Assembly (NCBI GenBank): GCA_041802645.1
Contig: JBHCHC010000208.1
Location: 1 to 51,949 of the forward strand
Direction of reading: 5' to 3'
Length of the DNA stretch: 51,949 nt
Origin: Moraxella sp.
Lineage (GTDB): Bacteria; Pseudomonadota; Gammaproteobacteria; Pseudomonadales; Moraxellaceae
Shown here: positions 19,190-28,468 of the stretch, in pieces
Layout: every line of letters starts with the position of its first letter
Numbering within the stretch: position 1 is the first letter of the stretch
Translations under genes and position numbers: made by a program
Notes under the pieces: model-generated
Seen by the model: only the letters and a program-made list of their open reading frames with translations
What the model was told of the DNA's origin: nothing
Databases searched by the model: none

Positions 19190-20119
19190 TTAAGCAGCTT
19201 TTTTGGCTGCCTCGGCAACGTCCGCCTTATTGGTGTCATCACTTGTTGGAGCGGTATCAGCAGGAGCTGGCTCTGGGTTTGCAGTGGCTGGCGTGACGCT
19301 GCCATCAGAACTTGCTTTGCCTTGAGTGTCAAAGTATTTTGCCACAAGTTCATCGTATTTACCGCTGGCTTTTAGGTTTGCTAAAGCGGTGTTGAATTCG
19401 CCTTTTAGAGCGTCGCCTTTACGCACAGCAATCCCAACTTTATCATTGATGTCAATGGGTTCGCCTTTGATTTCAAAATTTGCCCCTGCTTCGGTTTTTA
19501 GCCAGTCAGATGCAGGCACAAAGTCAGCAAGCATATAATCGATACGCCCTGCACTTAGATCAAGATGAACGTTGTCTTGCTTGTCATAAGCCTTAACGGT
19601 GGCTTTGGGTTGATTTTTGGCAAGGTATTCACCAGATACGGTAGCTTGCTGCACCCCAACAGTTTTTCCTGCCAAGCCATCAATGGTGGTAGAGTCGCCT
19701 TTTTTACCTACAAGAATAAGTTTGTTGTCAAAATAAGCGTCAGAGAAATCCACTACTTGTAAGCGTTCGGGGGTAATGGACATGCCCGCCATGATGGCGT
19801 CTGACTTATTTGCCTGAAGGCCTGGAATGAGGCTGTCCCAATCTTGACTTTGAATGTCGCATGTCACTTTCATCTCGTCGCATAGAGCATTAGCAAGGTC
19901 AATCTCAAACCCCACCAGTTTGCCCGTATTATCCAAATAGCTAAATGGTTTAAAACTTGATTCGGTGGCGATGATGATGCTTTTGCTCTCTTGAGGCGTG
20001 TTTGTGGCAGCGTCAGTCTTGGTGGTTTCGGCAGGTTTATCACCGCCGCAAGCATTAAGAGTAAAGGCGGTCAAGACAACGGCTAAGGCTTTAAAAACAG
20101 GGGTTGTTACATGAGTCAT
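19190..20119 (-). CDS. Polar amino acid ABC substrate-binding lipoprotein with low-complexity C-terminal tail
   Basis: Lipobox LNAC; ATESSFKPF, GFEIDL and QDWDSLIPGL motifs; Ala/Pro/Thr-rich tail. Confidence 0.92.
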   Translation of the reverse strand: MTHVTTPVFKALAVVLTAFTLNACGGDKPAETTKTDAATNTPQESKSIIIATESSFKPFSYLDNTGKLVGFEIDLANALCDEMKVTCDIQSQDWDSLIPGLQANKSDAIMAGMSITPERLQVVDFSDAYFDNKLILVGKKGDSTTIDGLAGKTVGVQQATVSGEYLAKNQPKATVKAYDKQDNVHLDLSAGRIDYMLADFVPASDWLKTEAGANFEIKGEPIDINDKVGIAVRKGDALKGEFNTALANLKASGKYDELVAKYFDTQGKASSDGSVTPATANPEPAPADTAPTSDDTNKADVAEAAKKAA

Positions 20120-20147
20120 AATCAGTCCTTTTGTCAATCAAGATGGG

Positions 20148-21053
20148 TTATTTGGCATCACCATTTGCTTTGGCGGTATCACCAGTTGGGCTGGTAGCAG
20201 AAGCATCGTTGGCGGGAGTGGCATCTGGTGTGCTTGCTTGTGTCACGGTCTGGGCATTTGCTAGATTATCAAAATGTTGCTTTTCAAGCTCAGCAAGTTT
20301 ACCATTGGCTTTTAGGGTGGCTAACGCTTTGTCAAAATCAGCTTTTAGGGCATCTCCTTTACGCACGGCAATGCCTAGATTGTCATTATTGTCAATCTCA
20401 TCGCCTATCAACCCAAAGCCGTCGTTATTTTGTTTGAGCCAGTCCATTGCTGAGACTTTCTCTGCCATGACTGCATGATTGCGACCTGCTTTTAGGTCAA
20501 GATAGGAGTTGGTATAAGTGTCATAGAGCTGAACACGGTTGCCATCTTTGCCATCATAGTTTTTGGTGATGTAATCGGCTCCTGTGGTAGAACGCTGACT
20601 GCCTAGCACCATATTTTTGATGTTTTTAGGGTCAAAGGAGCCATCGGTTTTGGATAGCCATACGATGGTGTTGCTAAAATATGGCTCAGAGAAATCTACC
20701 TGAGCTTGACGTTCAGGAGTGATGGACATGCCTGCGATGACCGCATCGTACTTGTTGGTTAGAAGTCCAGGCAGTAGCCCATCCCAATCTTGTGCTACGA
20801 TGTCGCATTTGGCGTTAATTTCTTGACAGACAGCATTGATGACATCCACGTCAAAACCTACGATTTTACCATCAGGGCTGGTGTCATTAAAAGGAGGGTA
20901 GTTGGCTTCAGTGGCGATGACTAGACTTTTGCCTTCACCTGCTTGCGGTGCAGCAGCGTCAGCTTTTGGTGCATCGGCAGGTTTGTCAGCACCACAGGCG
21001 GTTAGGGCGGTCACGGCAAGTAGTGTAAGACCAAATTTGGTATATTCTTTCAT
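20148..21053 (-). CDS. Polar amino acid ABC substrate-binding lipoprotein with low-complexity C-terminal tail
   Basis: Lipobox LTAC; ATEANYPPF, GFDVDV and QDWDGLLPGL motifs. Confidence 0.92.
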   Translation of the reverse strand: MKEYTKFGLTLLAVTALTACGADKPADAPKADAAAPQAGEGKSLVIATEANYPPFNDTSPDGKIVGFDVDVINAVCQEINAKCDIVAQDWDGLLPGLLTNKYDAVIAGMSITPERQAQVDFSEPYFSNTIVWLSKTDGSFDPKNIKNMVLGSQRSTTGADYITKNYDGKDGNRVQLYDTYTNSYLDLKAGRNHAVMAEKVSAMDWLKQNNDGFGLIGDEIDNNDNLGIAVRKGDALKADFDKALATLKANGKLAELEKQHFDNLANAQTVTQASTPDATPANDASATSPTGDTAKANGDAK

Positions 21054-21148
21054 AACAATCCTTAGTGTTAATGAGGGTTTGTAAAGTAAGTGGGTAAAAT
21101 TAAGTCGGATAAATTCAGTGAGCTAAGTGAATACAGAGGGGCACAAAG

Positions 21149-21919
21149 CTACTGGTGCGATGCCATAAACTCCTTGACACGTTCGGATTTGGGGTTTCCA
21201 AACACCTCACTTGGCGTTCCCATCTCCTCAATCCGTCCTTGGTGTAAAAAGACGACCTTGCTCGATACTTCTTTGGCAAATCTCATCTCGTGCGTGACGA
21301 TGAGCATGGTGCGCCCTTCGGAGGCAAGCTCACGCATGACAGCAAGCACTTCATTAACCAACTCTGGATCTAAGGCGGATGTCGGCTCGTCAAATAATAA
21401 AACTTTAGGCTTCATGGCAAGTGCACGAGCAATGGCAACACGCTGACGCTGACCACCTGATAGATTGTCAGGATAAGCATCTTTTTTATCAAGCAGTCCG
21501 ACTTTATCAAGTAATCGCTCGCCTTCTGCGATTGCGTCGGTCTTATTCATGCCCAGAACATGAATTGGAGCTTCGGTGATGTTTTGTAAAATGGTTTTGT
21601 GCGGCCACAAGTTAAAGGATTGAAATACAAAACCAATCTTAGAGCGTAGTGTTTCTAATTGTTTGGGGCTTTTTGCGACCAATTCGCCCTTTTTTGGGGT
21701 CAAGACCAGCTCTTCACTGCCAATAAAAATCTTACCCACGCTGGGTTTTTCAAGTAAGTTAATGCAGCGAAGTAGGGTGGATTTGCCCGAACCGCTCGAC
21801 CCTAAAATGCTGATGACATCACCGTCATAGGCGGTTAATGAGACGCCTTTTAGGACTTCAAGCGAGCCATAATTTTTGTGAATGTCTTGCAAGTCAAGTG
21901 CAATGGGTCGGTCGGTCAT
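21149..21919 (-). CDS. hisP: Polar amino acid ABC transporter ATP-binding protein (HisP-like)
   Basis: [29 protein letters not shown] and VTHEM motifs. Confidence 0.9.
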   Translation of the reverse strand: MTDRPIALDLQDIHKNYGSLEVLKGVSLTAYDGDVISILGSSGSGKSTLLRCINLLEKPSVGKIFIGSEELVLTPKKGELVAKSPKQLETLRSKIGFVFQSFNLWPHKTILQNITEAPIHVLGMNKTDAIAEGERLLDKVGLLDKKDAYPDNLSGGQRQRVAIARALAMKPKVLLFDEPTSALDPELVNEVLAVMRELASEGRTMLIVTHEMRFAKEVSSKVVFLHQGRIEEMGTPSEVFGNPKSERVKEFMASHQ

Positions 21920-22113
21920 GAAATTTCTCAAATATTAAAACGCTAAAGGTAAAACAACAATCATATCATCAATTTGACCCTATATTTTGAACAAATCTGC
22001 TTAAAAAGGCAAATCATTTTTTTAAAATTTAGCAAATTTTTCATACTTTTTAATAAATGATGAGTATGATGCGAGCAAATATGGCGCAAACAAGCAAGCA
22101 ATAACAAGCGTCC

Positions 22114-22143
22114 GTCTTAATTTTCACTGTCTTAATTTTCACT
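22114..22143. repeat. Perfect 15-bp tandem duplication
   Basis: GTCTTAATTTTCACT x2 in the divergent hisP/ccmC intergenic region. Confidence 0.9.
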
Positions 22144-22212
22144 AAAATCATACCAATCTTAGCACAACATTTGGGCTACTCAATTTGTCCCTGCTGACAA
22201 TCAGCAAAAATA

Positions 22213-22221
22213 TGATATAAT
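22213..22221 (+). promoter_or_regulatory. Extended -10 promoter of ccmCDE
   Basis: TGATATAAT about 45 nt upstream of ccmC. Confidence 0.5.
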
Positions 22222-22264
22222 TTAGCCATTTTAATGAGTCATTTGCCCATCATCATGGTGAATC

Positions 22265-23062
22265 ATGCCAAACACCCAAAAAGCCACCAATAGCACCGCC
22301 AACACAGGATTTTTTCAGCGTCTGTGGCAGGGGTTTTTGACGACGGTTGGCACAGAGCGGTTTTTTAAGATTTTCTCGTCATGGGTGAAGTGGCTTGGTC
22401 TGATTGCCTTTGTCATGATGGGTATCGGGACGGTGTGGGGTCTTTTGTTTGCACCGCCTGACTATCTACAAGGTAACAGTTATCGCATCATTTTCATTCA
22501 TGTGCCAACTGCCAGTCTTGCCATGAGTGTATATTTTGCCATGAGTGTGCTTGGGGTGATTTTTTTGGTGTGGAAAATAAAAACCGCCAATATCGTTGCT
22601 CAGGCACTTGCCCCCATCGGCTTTATTTGCTGTGTTCTGTCTTTATTGACAGGCTCTATTTGGGCAAAGCCGACTTGGGGAACATACTGGGTATGGGATG
22701 CACGCTTGACCAGCATGCTGATTCTGGCATTTTTGTATGCAGGAGTTATGGCGTTATTTAGTGCCTTTGAACACAGTCAAAACCGAGGCAAGGCAGCCGC
22801 CATTCTCTCTATCGTCGGGGCGGTAAATCTGCCCATCATCAAATATTCGGTAGAGTGGTGGAATACCTTGCACCAAGGGGCAACTTTTACTGTCACCAAT
22901 GCCCCAAAAATGCCTGCATCAATGTGGGTGCCGCTACTTGTTATGATGCTTGGTATGTATTTTATGGTTGCAGCACTGGCCATTTATCGCACTAACTCAT
23001 TAATCCTACAACGCGACTACAACAAAGCATGGGTTAGCCACTACCTACAATCCAAAAAATAA
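22265..23062 (+). CDS. ccmC: Heme exporter protein C
   Basis: RIIFIHVP, WAKPTWGTYWVWDARLTS (WWD motif) and WWNTLHQ. Confidence 0.96.
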   Translation: MPNTQKATNSTANTGFFQRLWQGFLTTVGTERFFKIFSSWVKWLGLIAFVMMGIGTVWGLLFAPPDYLQGNSYRIIFIHVPTASLAMSVYFAMSVLGVIFLVWKIKTANIVAQALAPIGFICCVLSLLTGSIWAKPTWGTYWVWDARLTSMLILAFLYAGVMALFSAFEHSQNRGKAAAILSIVGAVNLPIIKYSVEWWNTLHQGATFTVTNAPKMPASMWVPLLVMMLGMYFMVAALAIYRTNSLILQRDYNKAWVSHYLQSKK

Positions 23063-23083
23063 GACGGCTCAGAGGAGCAAGCA

Positions 23084-23320
23084 ATGACACCATATTTTCA
23101 AACCGTTGATGAGTTTATTCACATGAATGGGCATGGAGCATATGTGTGGGCGTGTTATGTTTTGGTGTTTGCAGCAATACTACTGATGATTTGGTATGCC
23201 AACAAAGAACGTCGCAATACGATAAATAAGCTCACACACTTATCCATGCAGGGTAAAAAACTTACCAATAAGCAACGTCAAGCCCTAGCCAAAAACGAAC
23301 ACAGAGAATCCTATGAATAA
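23084..23320 (+). CDS. ccmD: Heme exporter protein D
   Basis: Small single-TM protein, [13 protein letters not shown], between ccmC and ccmE. Confidence 0.9.
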   Translation: MTPYFQTVDEFIHMNGHGAYVWACYVLVFAAILLMIWYANKERRNTINKLTHLSMQGKKLTNKQRQALAKNEHRESYE

Positions 23321-23840
23321 TGCACGCCAAAAAAAACTGATGTGGGTGTTTGCCATGCTTATTGGTGTGGCAGTAGCGGTAGGGCTTATCTTATATGCCA
23401 TTCGCCAGCAGACGGATTATTATTTTGATCCAACCGCCATCACCCAAGGCAAAGCCCCAGAGAATAAACGGATTCGAGCAGGAGGTATGGTAGTGGCAGG
23501 TTCGGTTAAACGTGACCCTGCTGACCCTCTAAATATCCAGTTTCAAATCAGCGACTACAAAGCGGTCGTTCCTGTGACTTATCGAGGGGTGCTTCCTGAT
23601 TTGTTTGCTGAAAACTCAGGCGTGGTGGCGACAGGCAAGCTACAAGAGGGTGTATTTGTAGCAAGTGAAGTGCTTGCCAAACATGATGAAAACTATATGC
23701 CCCCCGAGGTTGCCAAATCTTTAAAAACTGAACACGCCGCACGTGGCACTGATGTTAATAATGGGCAATTTGTCCCTGCCACAAGCATGGCAGAGATTGA
23801 TGAGCGTAACGCTAAACAAGAAAACGCAGCCAAAGAATGA
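23313..23840 (+). CDS. ccmE: Cytochrome c maturation heme chaperone
   Basis: RAGGMV, LPDLF and [14 protein letters not shown] motifs. Confidence 0.96.
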   Translation: MNNARQKKLMWVFAMLIGVAVAVGLILYAIRQQTDYYFDPTAITQGKAPENKRIRAGGMVVAGSVKRDPADPLNIQFQISDYKAVVPVTYRGVLPDLFAENSGVVATGKLQEGVFVASEVLAKHDENYMPPEVAKSLKTEHAARGTDVNNGQFVPATSMAEIDERNAKQENAAKE

Positions 23841-23867
23841 GTACGCAAACCGATTGGCTGCATACAG

Positions 23868-24056
23868 TCAGTCAAAACTCTGCTTGCTAAATGAGGCAGG
23901 TTCACTATCTTTTTGTTCATCGATGGTGGGGTAGTGCGTGTTGGGGTTTTGTGAGAATGAGCTTTGTTTGTTCATCACTTTGTCGGCTGTGTTTGTCATG
24001 GCGTTGCAGCCAGTTAGAGCGATGGTAAAGAGTATCATAATGCTTAGGTATTTCAT
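23868..24056 (-). CDS. Small putative lipoprotein (62 aa)
   Basis: MKYLSIMILFTIALTGC lipobox; AAGG RBS upstream. Confidence 0.6.
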   Translation of the reverse strand: MKYLSIMILFTIALTGCNAMTNTADKVMNKQSSFSQNPNTHYPTIDEQKDSEPASFSKQSFD

Positions 24057-24163
24057 GATAAAGACCTTTTGTCTGTGGTTAAAAATCGCCAATCATGGCA
24101 ATGATGATGGATGGTTTTATGATGATAAACCCATCTAACAAATGCAATTAATAAATGCAATAA

Positions 24164-24679
24164 TCATGCCAACTTTTCATATCGCACAAAGGTAAAACTG
24201 ACACCACTTTTTTCGTCTATCTGCTTGTCTGACCGCCACACTTCGATGAATTCATCGCTAATGCTGGGGTAGAAAGCATCGCCCTGCACGTCTAAATCCA
24301 CTTCAGTAATTTCCAAAATATCTGCCATGCCTAGACTCTGGTGATACATCTCGCCTCCACCGATAATAAAGATACACTCTTGATTTGCTGTGCTTGCGAG
24401 CATTTTGGCGTGAGTGATGGCTTGGTTTAGATTATCAAAGATTAGTACATCATTAGGTGCTTGATAGGCGGTATTTTGGGTAATGACGATGTTGGTGCGG
24501 TTAGGTAAGGGGCGACCCAATGACTCAAAAGTCTTACGTCCCATGATGATCACGCCACCTGTGGTCAGACGTTTAAAGTGCTTTAAGTCTTCAGGGATGT
24601 GCCATGCCAACGTGTTGTTTTTACCAATGCAGTTTTGACGGTCTTTGGCGACGACATGTACGATATGGATATTGCTCAT
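24164..24679 (-). CDS. folA: Dihydrofolate reductase
   Basis: IGKNNTLAWHIPEDLKHFK, MGRKTFES..PLPNR and IIGGGEMY motifs. Confidence 0.96.
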   Translation of the reverse strand: MSNIHIVHVVAKDRQNCIGKNNTLAWHIPEDLKHFKRLTTGGVIIMGRKTFESLGRPLPNRTNIVITQNTAYQAPNDVLIFDNLNQAITHAKMLASTANQECIFIIGGGEMYHQSLGMADILEITEVDLDVQGDAFYPSISDEFIEVWRSDKQIDEKSGVSFTFVRYEKLA

Positions 24680-24681
24680 TT

Positions 24682-25524
24682 TTATACTGCCACAGGCGCT
24701 GTGATTTTATCATGTGACTGATAATTGATAATTTTGATGTCATCAAACGTAAATTCAAAAATATCCCGGATATCAGGATTTAACTGCAACTGACAAAGAG
24801 GCAGGGGCTCACGGCTTAGCTGTAATTTGGCTTGCTCAAAATGATTTGTATACAGATGTACATCTCCACCCGTCCAAATAAACTCGCCCACACCAAGCCC
24901 GCACACTTGGGCGACCATATGAGTCAGTAGGGCATAGCTTGCGATGTTAAACGGCACACCAAGAAATACATCGGCACTACGCTGATACAACTGACAAGAA
25001 AGCCGACCGTTCGCCACAAAAAACTGAAACAGCGTATGACAAGGCGGTAAGGCAACCTCTCCTGCTTCTTTGGGATTCCAGCCTGAGATGATGAGGCGGC
25101 GAGAGTTCGGGTTGGTCTTTATCTCATTGATAAGCCAAGCAATTTGGTCAAATCCATCCGCGTTATAAGTGCCATTGGCGTTTTTGCTTGCACCAAAATT
25201 TCGCCACTGATGTCCATAGACCGCCCCCAAATCTCCCGTTTGTCGTCCAAAACGTGCCGTTTGTTCGGAAGTTGCCCATTCATCCCAGATGGTAACTTTG
25301 TTGTCTTGTAAGTATTTGACGTGAGTGTCACCTTTTAAAAACCACAAAAGTTCAATGGCAATGGAGCGAAAATGCACTTTTTTGGTGGTGAGCAGGGGAA
25401 AGCCGTCAGTTAAATCAAACCGCATTTGATGAGCGAACACCGAGCGAGTGCCTGTGCCTGTACGGTCGCCCTTATCTTGACCTGTGGCTAAAATATGCTC
25501 TAAAAGATGTAGATATTGTTTCAT
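24682..25524 (-). CDS. thyA: Thymidylate synthase
   Basis: DRTGTGT, LPPCH and [18 protein letters not shown] motifs. Confidence 0.98.
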   Translation of the reverse strand: MKQYLHLLEHILATGQDKGDRTGTGTRSVFAHQMRFDLTDGFPLLTTKKVHFRSIAIELLWFLKGDTHVKYLQDNKVTIWDEWATSEQTARFGRQTGDLGAVYGHQWRNFGASKNANGTYNADGFDQIAWLINEIKTNPNSRRLIISGWNPKEAGEVALPPCHTLFQFFVANGRLSCQLYQRSADVFLGVPFNIASYALLTHMVAQVCGLGVGEFIWTGGDVHLYTNHFEQAKLQLSREPLPLCQLQLNPDIRDIFEFTFDDIKIINYQSHDKITAPVAV

Positions 25525-25533
25525 AAGGCAGTC

Positions 25534-26433
25534 TTAAATGGTGTTTGTGGGTTGTGTACCGTCATAAATCGGTGTTTTGTAGGCTTTAATAAAGAGTATC
25601 ACGCCCACAATAATCATTGGAATGCTGTACAATTGCCCTTTGCTTAGCCAACCAAAAATCAGTTCGTAGCCCACATCAGGCTGACGGAAAAACTCGGTAG
25701 TGAAACGACTGCATCCATAACCCAGTAGGAATAGAGCAGAGACAGCGTAGCGGGGACGAGGCTTTAGGCTAAATATCCACAGCAGAATAAAAAGAAGAAC
25801 CCCCTCACTAAACGCCTGATACAGCTGGCTTGGGTGGCGAGGTAGGAGTAAATATTCTCCCACTTGGGTGCTAAGTGACTGCATGGTAGGGTCACTTGTG
25901 ATAAGCTCGTGATCGGCATGAGCAGCTTGAGGAAAATACATCAGGTGTCCATACCCGCCATCAGAGACACGCCCCCATAGTTCGCCATTAATGAAGTTGC
26001 CAATTCGCCCAAAGAGCAGTCCAAGTGGTACGCACGGAGCGATGAAATCAAGTGTGGTGAAAGTATTTTTCTTATATTTACGTCCAAAAAAGAACATGGC
26101 AATGAGCACGCCGATAAAGCCACCATGAAAGCTCATGCCACCTTCCCAGACTTTAAATAAGTAAGCTGGGTTGACTAAAAATTCACCAAAATTATACAGA
26201 ATTACGTAACCGATGCGACCACCTAAGATGACGCCCATCGCCCCAAAAAATACCAAATCAGAGACCATCTCACCCGTGAAATCGCCTCGCTTTTTACCGC
26301 GATAAGTCGCTAACAGATAGGCGGATAAAAATGCAAGTAAGTACATGAGTCCATACCAATGTACTTCTAAAAAGCCCAAATCAAGGGCGACTGGGTCATA
26401 CTGAGGATGAGTGATAGCCATAGAAACCGTCAT
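25534..26433 (-). CDS. lgt: Prolipoprotein diacylglyceryl transferase
   Basis: WYGLMY, GGMSFHGG, GRIGNFINGELWGR and RHPSQLY motifs. Confidence 0.97.
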   Translation of the reverse strand: MTVSMAITHPQYDPVALDLGFLEVHWYGLMYLLAFLSAYLLATYRGKKRGDFTGEMVSDLVFFGAMGVILGGRIGYVILYNFGEFLVNPAYLFKVWEGGMSFHGGFIGVLIAMFFFGRKYKKNTFTTLDFIAPCVPLGLLFGRIGNFINGELWGRVSDGGYGHLMYFPQAAHADHELITSDPTMQSLSTQVGEYLLLPRHPSQLYQAFSEGVLLFILLWIFSLKPRPRYAVSALFLLGYGCSRFTTEFFRQPDVGYELIFGWLSKGQLYSIPMIIVGVILFIKAYKTPIYDGTQPTNTI

Positions 26434-26575
26434 GTCAAATTTGCTTATGATAGCAAATTTTTGATGATTTTAAAATGACAAAATGGCAAGAAGTGGTTTA
26501 AGTAAATATATGTTAACCCAAATAATTATTCCAAAAACACCAAGTAATGACAAGACCAAGAGAGTCATCAGATGT

Positions 26576-27460
26576 CTAATTTGACAAAACTCGTCTTGCC
26601 CATGTAATGACAGGCAAATCCACCATCTGACCATCAATGGCAAATATGGCTTCTCCTGTATGCTCATGATGAGCAACGATTTTTTTGGCAAAATCAAGCT
26701 CGTCAGGGCGAATACCTGTATTGGCGATGGTTGCTAGCTGTTTGGGATGAATGGCAAGACAACCTCCAAAACCGAATTCATAAGCATGACGCACCCATCG
26801 CCCAAAGCCGTCCTCGTCATGAAATTCAGGGTAAATCGTCTCAATTGGTGCGGATAATCCATTGGCTTGTGAGTGCAAAGCAAGTTCACAACGCACCTTT
26901 TCCATCATGATTTGCCCTGCCTGTGAATGACGTGCAATCGATAAAGATGTTAATAAATCTAAGCAGCCATAACTTAACGCCATCACGCCTTTGGTGCGTG
27001 CCATCTGCCCAATATTTAGGATGCCTTGTCCGCTCTCAACCATGGCGATGACGGGAAGGTTTGTGAGTTCATGGGCGAGGCTGACCTGCATGGCGTTCTC
27101 AGCTTTTGGAAGTACCAAACCAGATACGGCAGGTTGCGACGTGATAAATTGCGTATCCACCATAAATTCAGGGCTTGTCATGCCGTGAATTCTAACCCAA
27201 ATGTAAGGCATGGATGGGTGATGTTGGCTTGTTAATTCTGTTAAACATTGACCTAAAATATGACGAACATGATGAGCATCGTCACCTGCCACCGCATCTT
27301 CTAAATCGATGATGATGGCATGGACTTTATGGGAAATATTCGTATCAGTCAAGGCTTTAATGATGCGTTCAGGGCGATTAGCAGGAACGAATAGATAGGC
27401 ATGAAAGGGGTGGCTGGTAGGGAGCTTAGGGGGGGTTTGAGCGAGTATTTGATTGGTCAT
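26576..27460 (-). CDS. HpcH/HpaI aldolase / citrate lyase beta (CitE-like) family protein
   Basis: LFVPANRPERI, IIDLEDAV, LPKAE, GCLAIHPKQ and DGQMVDLP motifs. Confidence 0.88.
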   Translation of the reverse strand: MTNQILAQTPPKLPTSHPFHAYLFVPANRPERIIKALTDTNISHKVHAIIIDLEDAVAGDDAHHVRHILGQCLTELTSQHHPSMPYIWVRIHGMTSPEFMVDTQFITSQPAVSGLVLPKAENAMQVSLAHELTNLPVIAMVESGQGILNIGQMARTKGVMALSYGCLDLLTSLSIARHSQAGQIMMEKVRCELALHSQANGLSAPIETIYPEFHDEDGFGRWVRHAYEFGFGGCLAIHPKQLATIANTGIRPDELDFAKKIVAHHEHTGEAIFAIDGQMVDLPVITWARRVLSN

Positions 27461-27681
27461 GAATCATCCTTTATTTACCATCGCTTTAACAGATTGATGT
27501 ATCAAGCGGTTTGTTGTCGCCATGACCGCTATTATAACGATGTGTGGGCGGTTTTGTAAATGAGTCCAAATAACCGCCAGACGGTCAATAACCAAATCAA
27601 ATCATCAAACTGCTTGCTTGTGTTTAGCTAAACTATCCAATTGAACTCATCTAACTCGAACGATTAAACCAAGTCGTTGAT

Positions 27682-28236
27682 TTATTTAACTTGACTGACC
27701 ATATAATCCACCGCCGCATAAACCTCAGCCTCAGAGATGTCAGCTACCGCCTGTGCAGGCATTTTATTAAAGCCTTTGGCAGAATGTTTATACAGTGTAT
27801 CCATGTCTTTTTCTGCAAGGCGTTTTGCCCAGTCTGCTTTGGCGGTGAGTTTTGGTGCATCTAGAAGTCCTTGCTCGTGACAGATTTTGCAGGTTTTCTC
27901 ATAGCGAGCCTTGCCCTCTGCTAAGGACAGAGCCTGCACAGGGGCGTTGTCAGTATCTGCCTTATCGGTATTGGCAGGCTGATTGGTTTCAGCAGTTCCC
28001 TTGTTGGTTTCATCCGAGGTGGCGGACTGAGTGGTTTTGACTTCATCTGCTTTTGTTTCATTACTTGCTTCATTCACCATCTGATTGGCAGCAGATTCTT
28101 GCGGAGGGGTATTAGGAGCTGACTCGGTAGATTGGGTTTTTGGAGAAGTGGCGGATTCGCTAGGTTTGTCGCTACAAGCGGTTAAAAAAATGGTACCCAC
28201 CAATAATAAAGATAGGTTTCGTTTTAGATTTTTCAT
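27682..28236 (-). CDS. Cytochrome c5-family lipoprotein
   Basis: Lipobox LTAC, Ser/Thr/Glu-rich linker, CKICH heme motif, GFNKMP axial Met. Confidence 0.88.
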   Translation of the reverse strand: MKNLKRNLSLLLVGTIFLTACSDKPSESATSPKTQSTESAPNTPPQESAANQMVNEASNETKADEVKTTQSATSDETNKGTAETNQPANTDKADTDNAPVQALSLAEGKARYEKTCKICHEQGLLDAPKLTAKADWAKRLAEKDMDTLYKHSAKGFNKMPAQAVADISEAEVYAAVDYMVSQVK

Positions 28237-28418
28237 AAAGTAACCTTCATACAATCCATCAAAGATGCAAAATAGGGAGCGTATTTAAATATAAAATAAG
28301 GCTTAATATACCGAATTTTTATAAGGAATTAAAGCAAAAAATTGTAAAACATGAAGTTTTTTTGAATTTTATAAATTTGATAAATGCTGTTCTTTTTGCT
28401 TTTACTTTTTTTAAAAAT

Positions 28419-28427
28419 TGTTATAAT
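28419..28427 (+). promoter_or_regulatory. Extended -10 promoter of ileS-lspA
   Basis: TGTTATAAT about 40 nt upstream of ileS. Confidence 0.5.
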
Positions 28428-28468
28428 ACCCTATTACTTCAATAACTCATTAGAATTAAGAGCCCGCC

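Noticed and set aside
27429-27435. G7 tract near the 5' end of the citE-like gene as a phase-variation site
   Set aside because: Short tract, gene in frame, cytoplasmic enzyme; no further support.
27494-27505. FNR-like TTGAT..ATCAA site
   Set aside because: Half-sites are 2 nt apart rather than the required 4.
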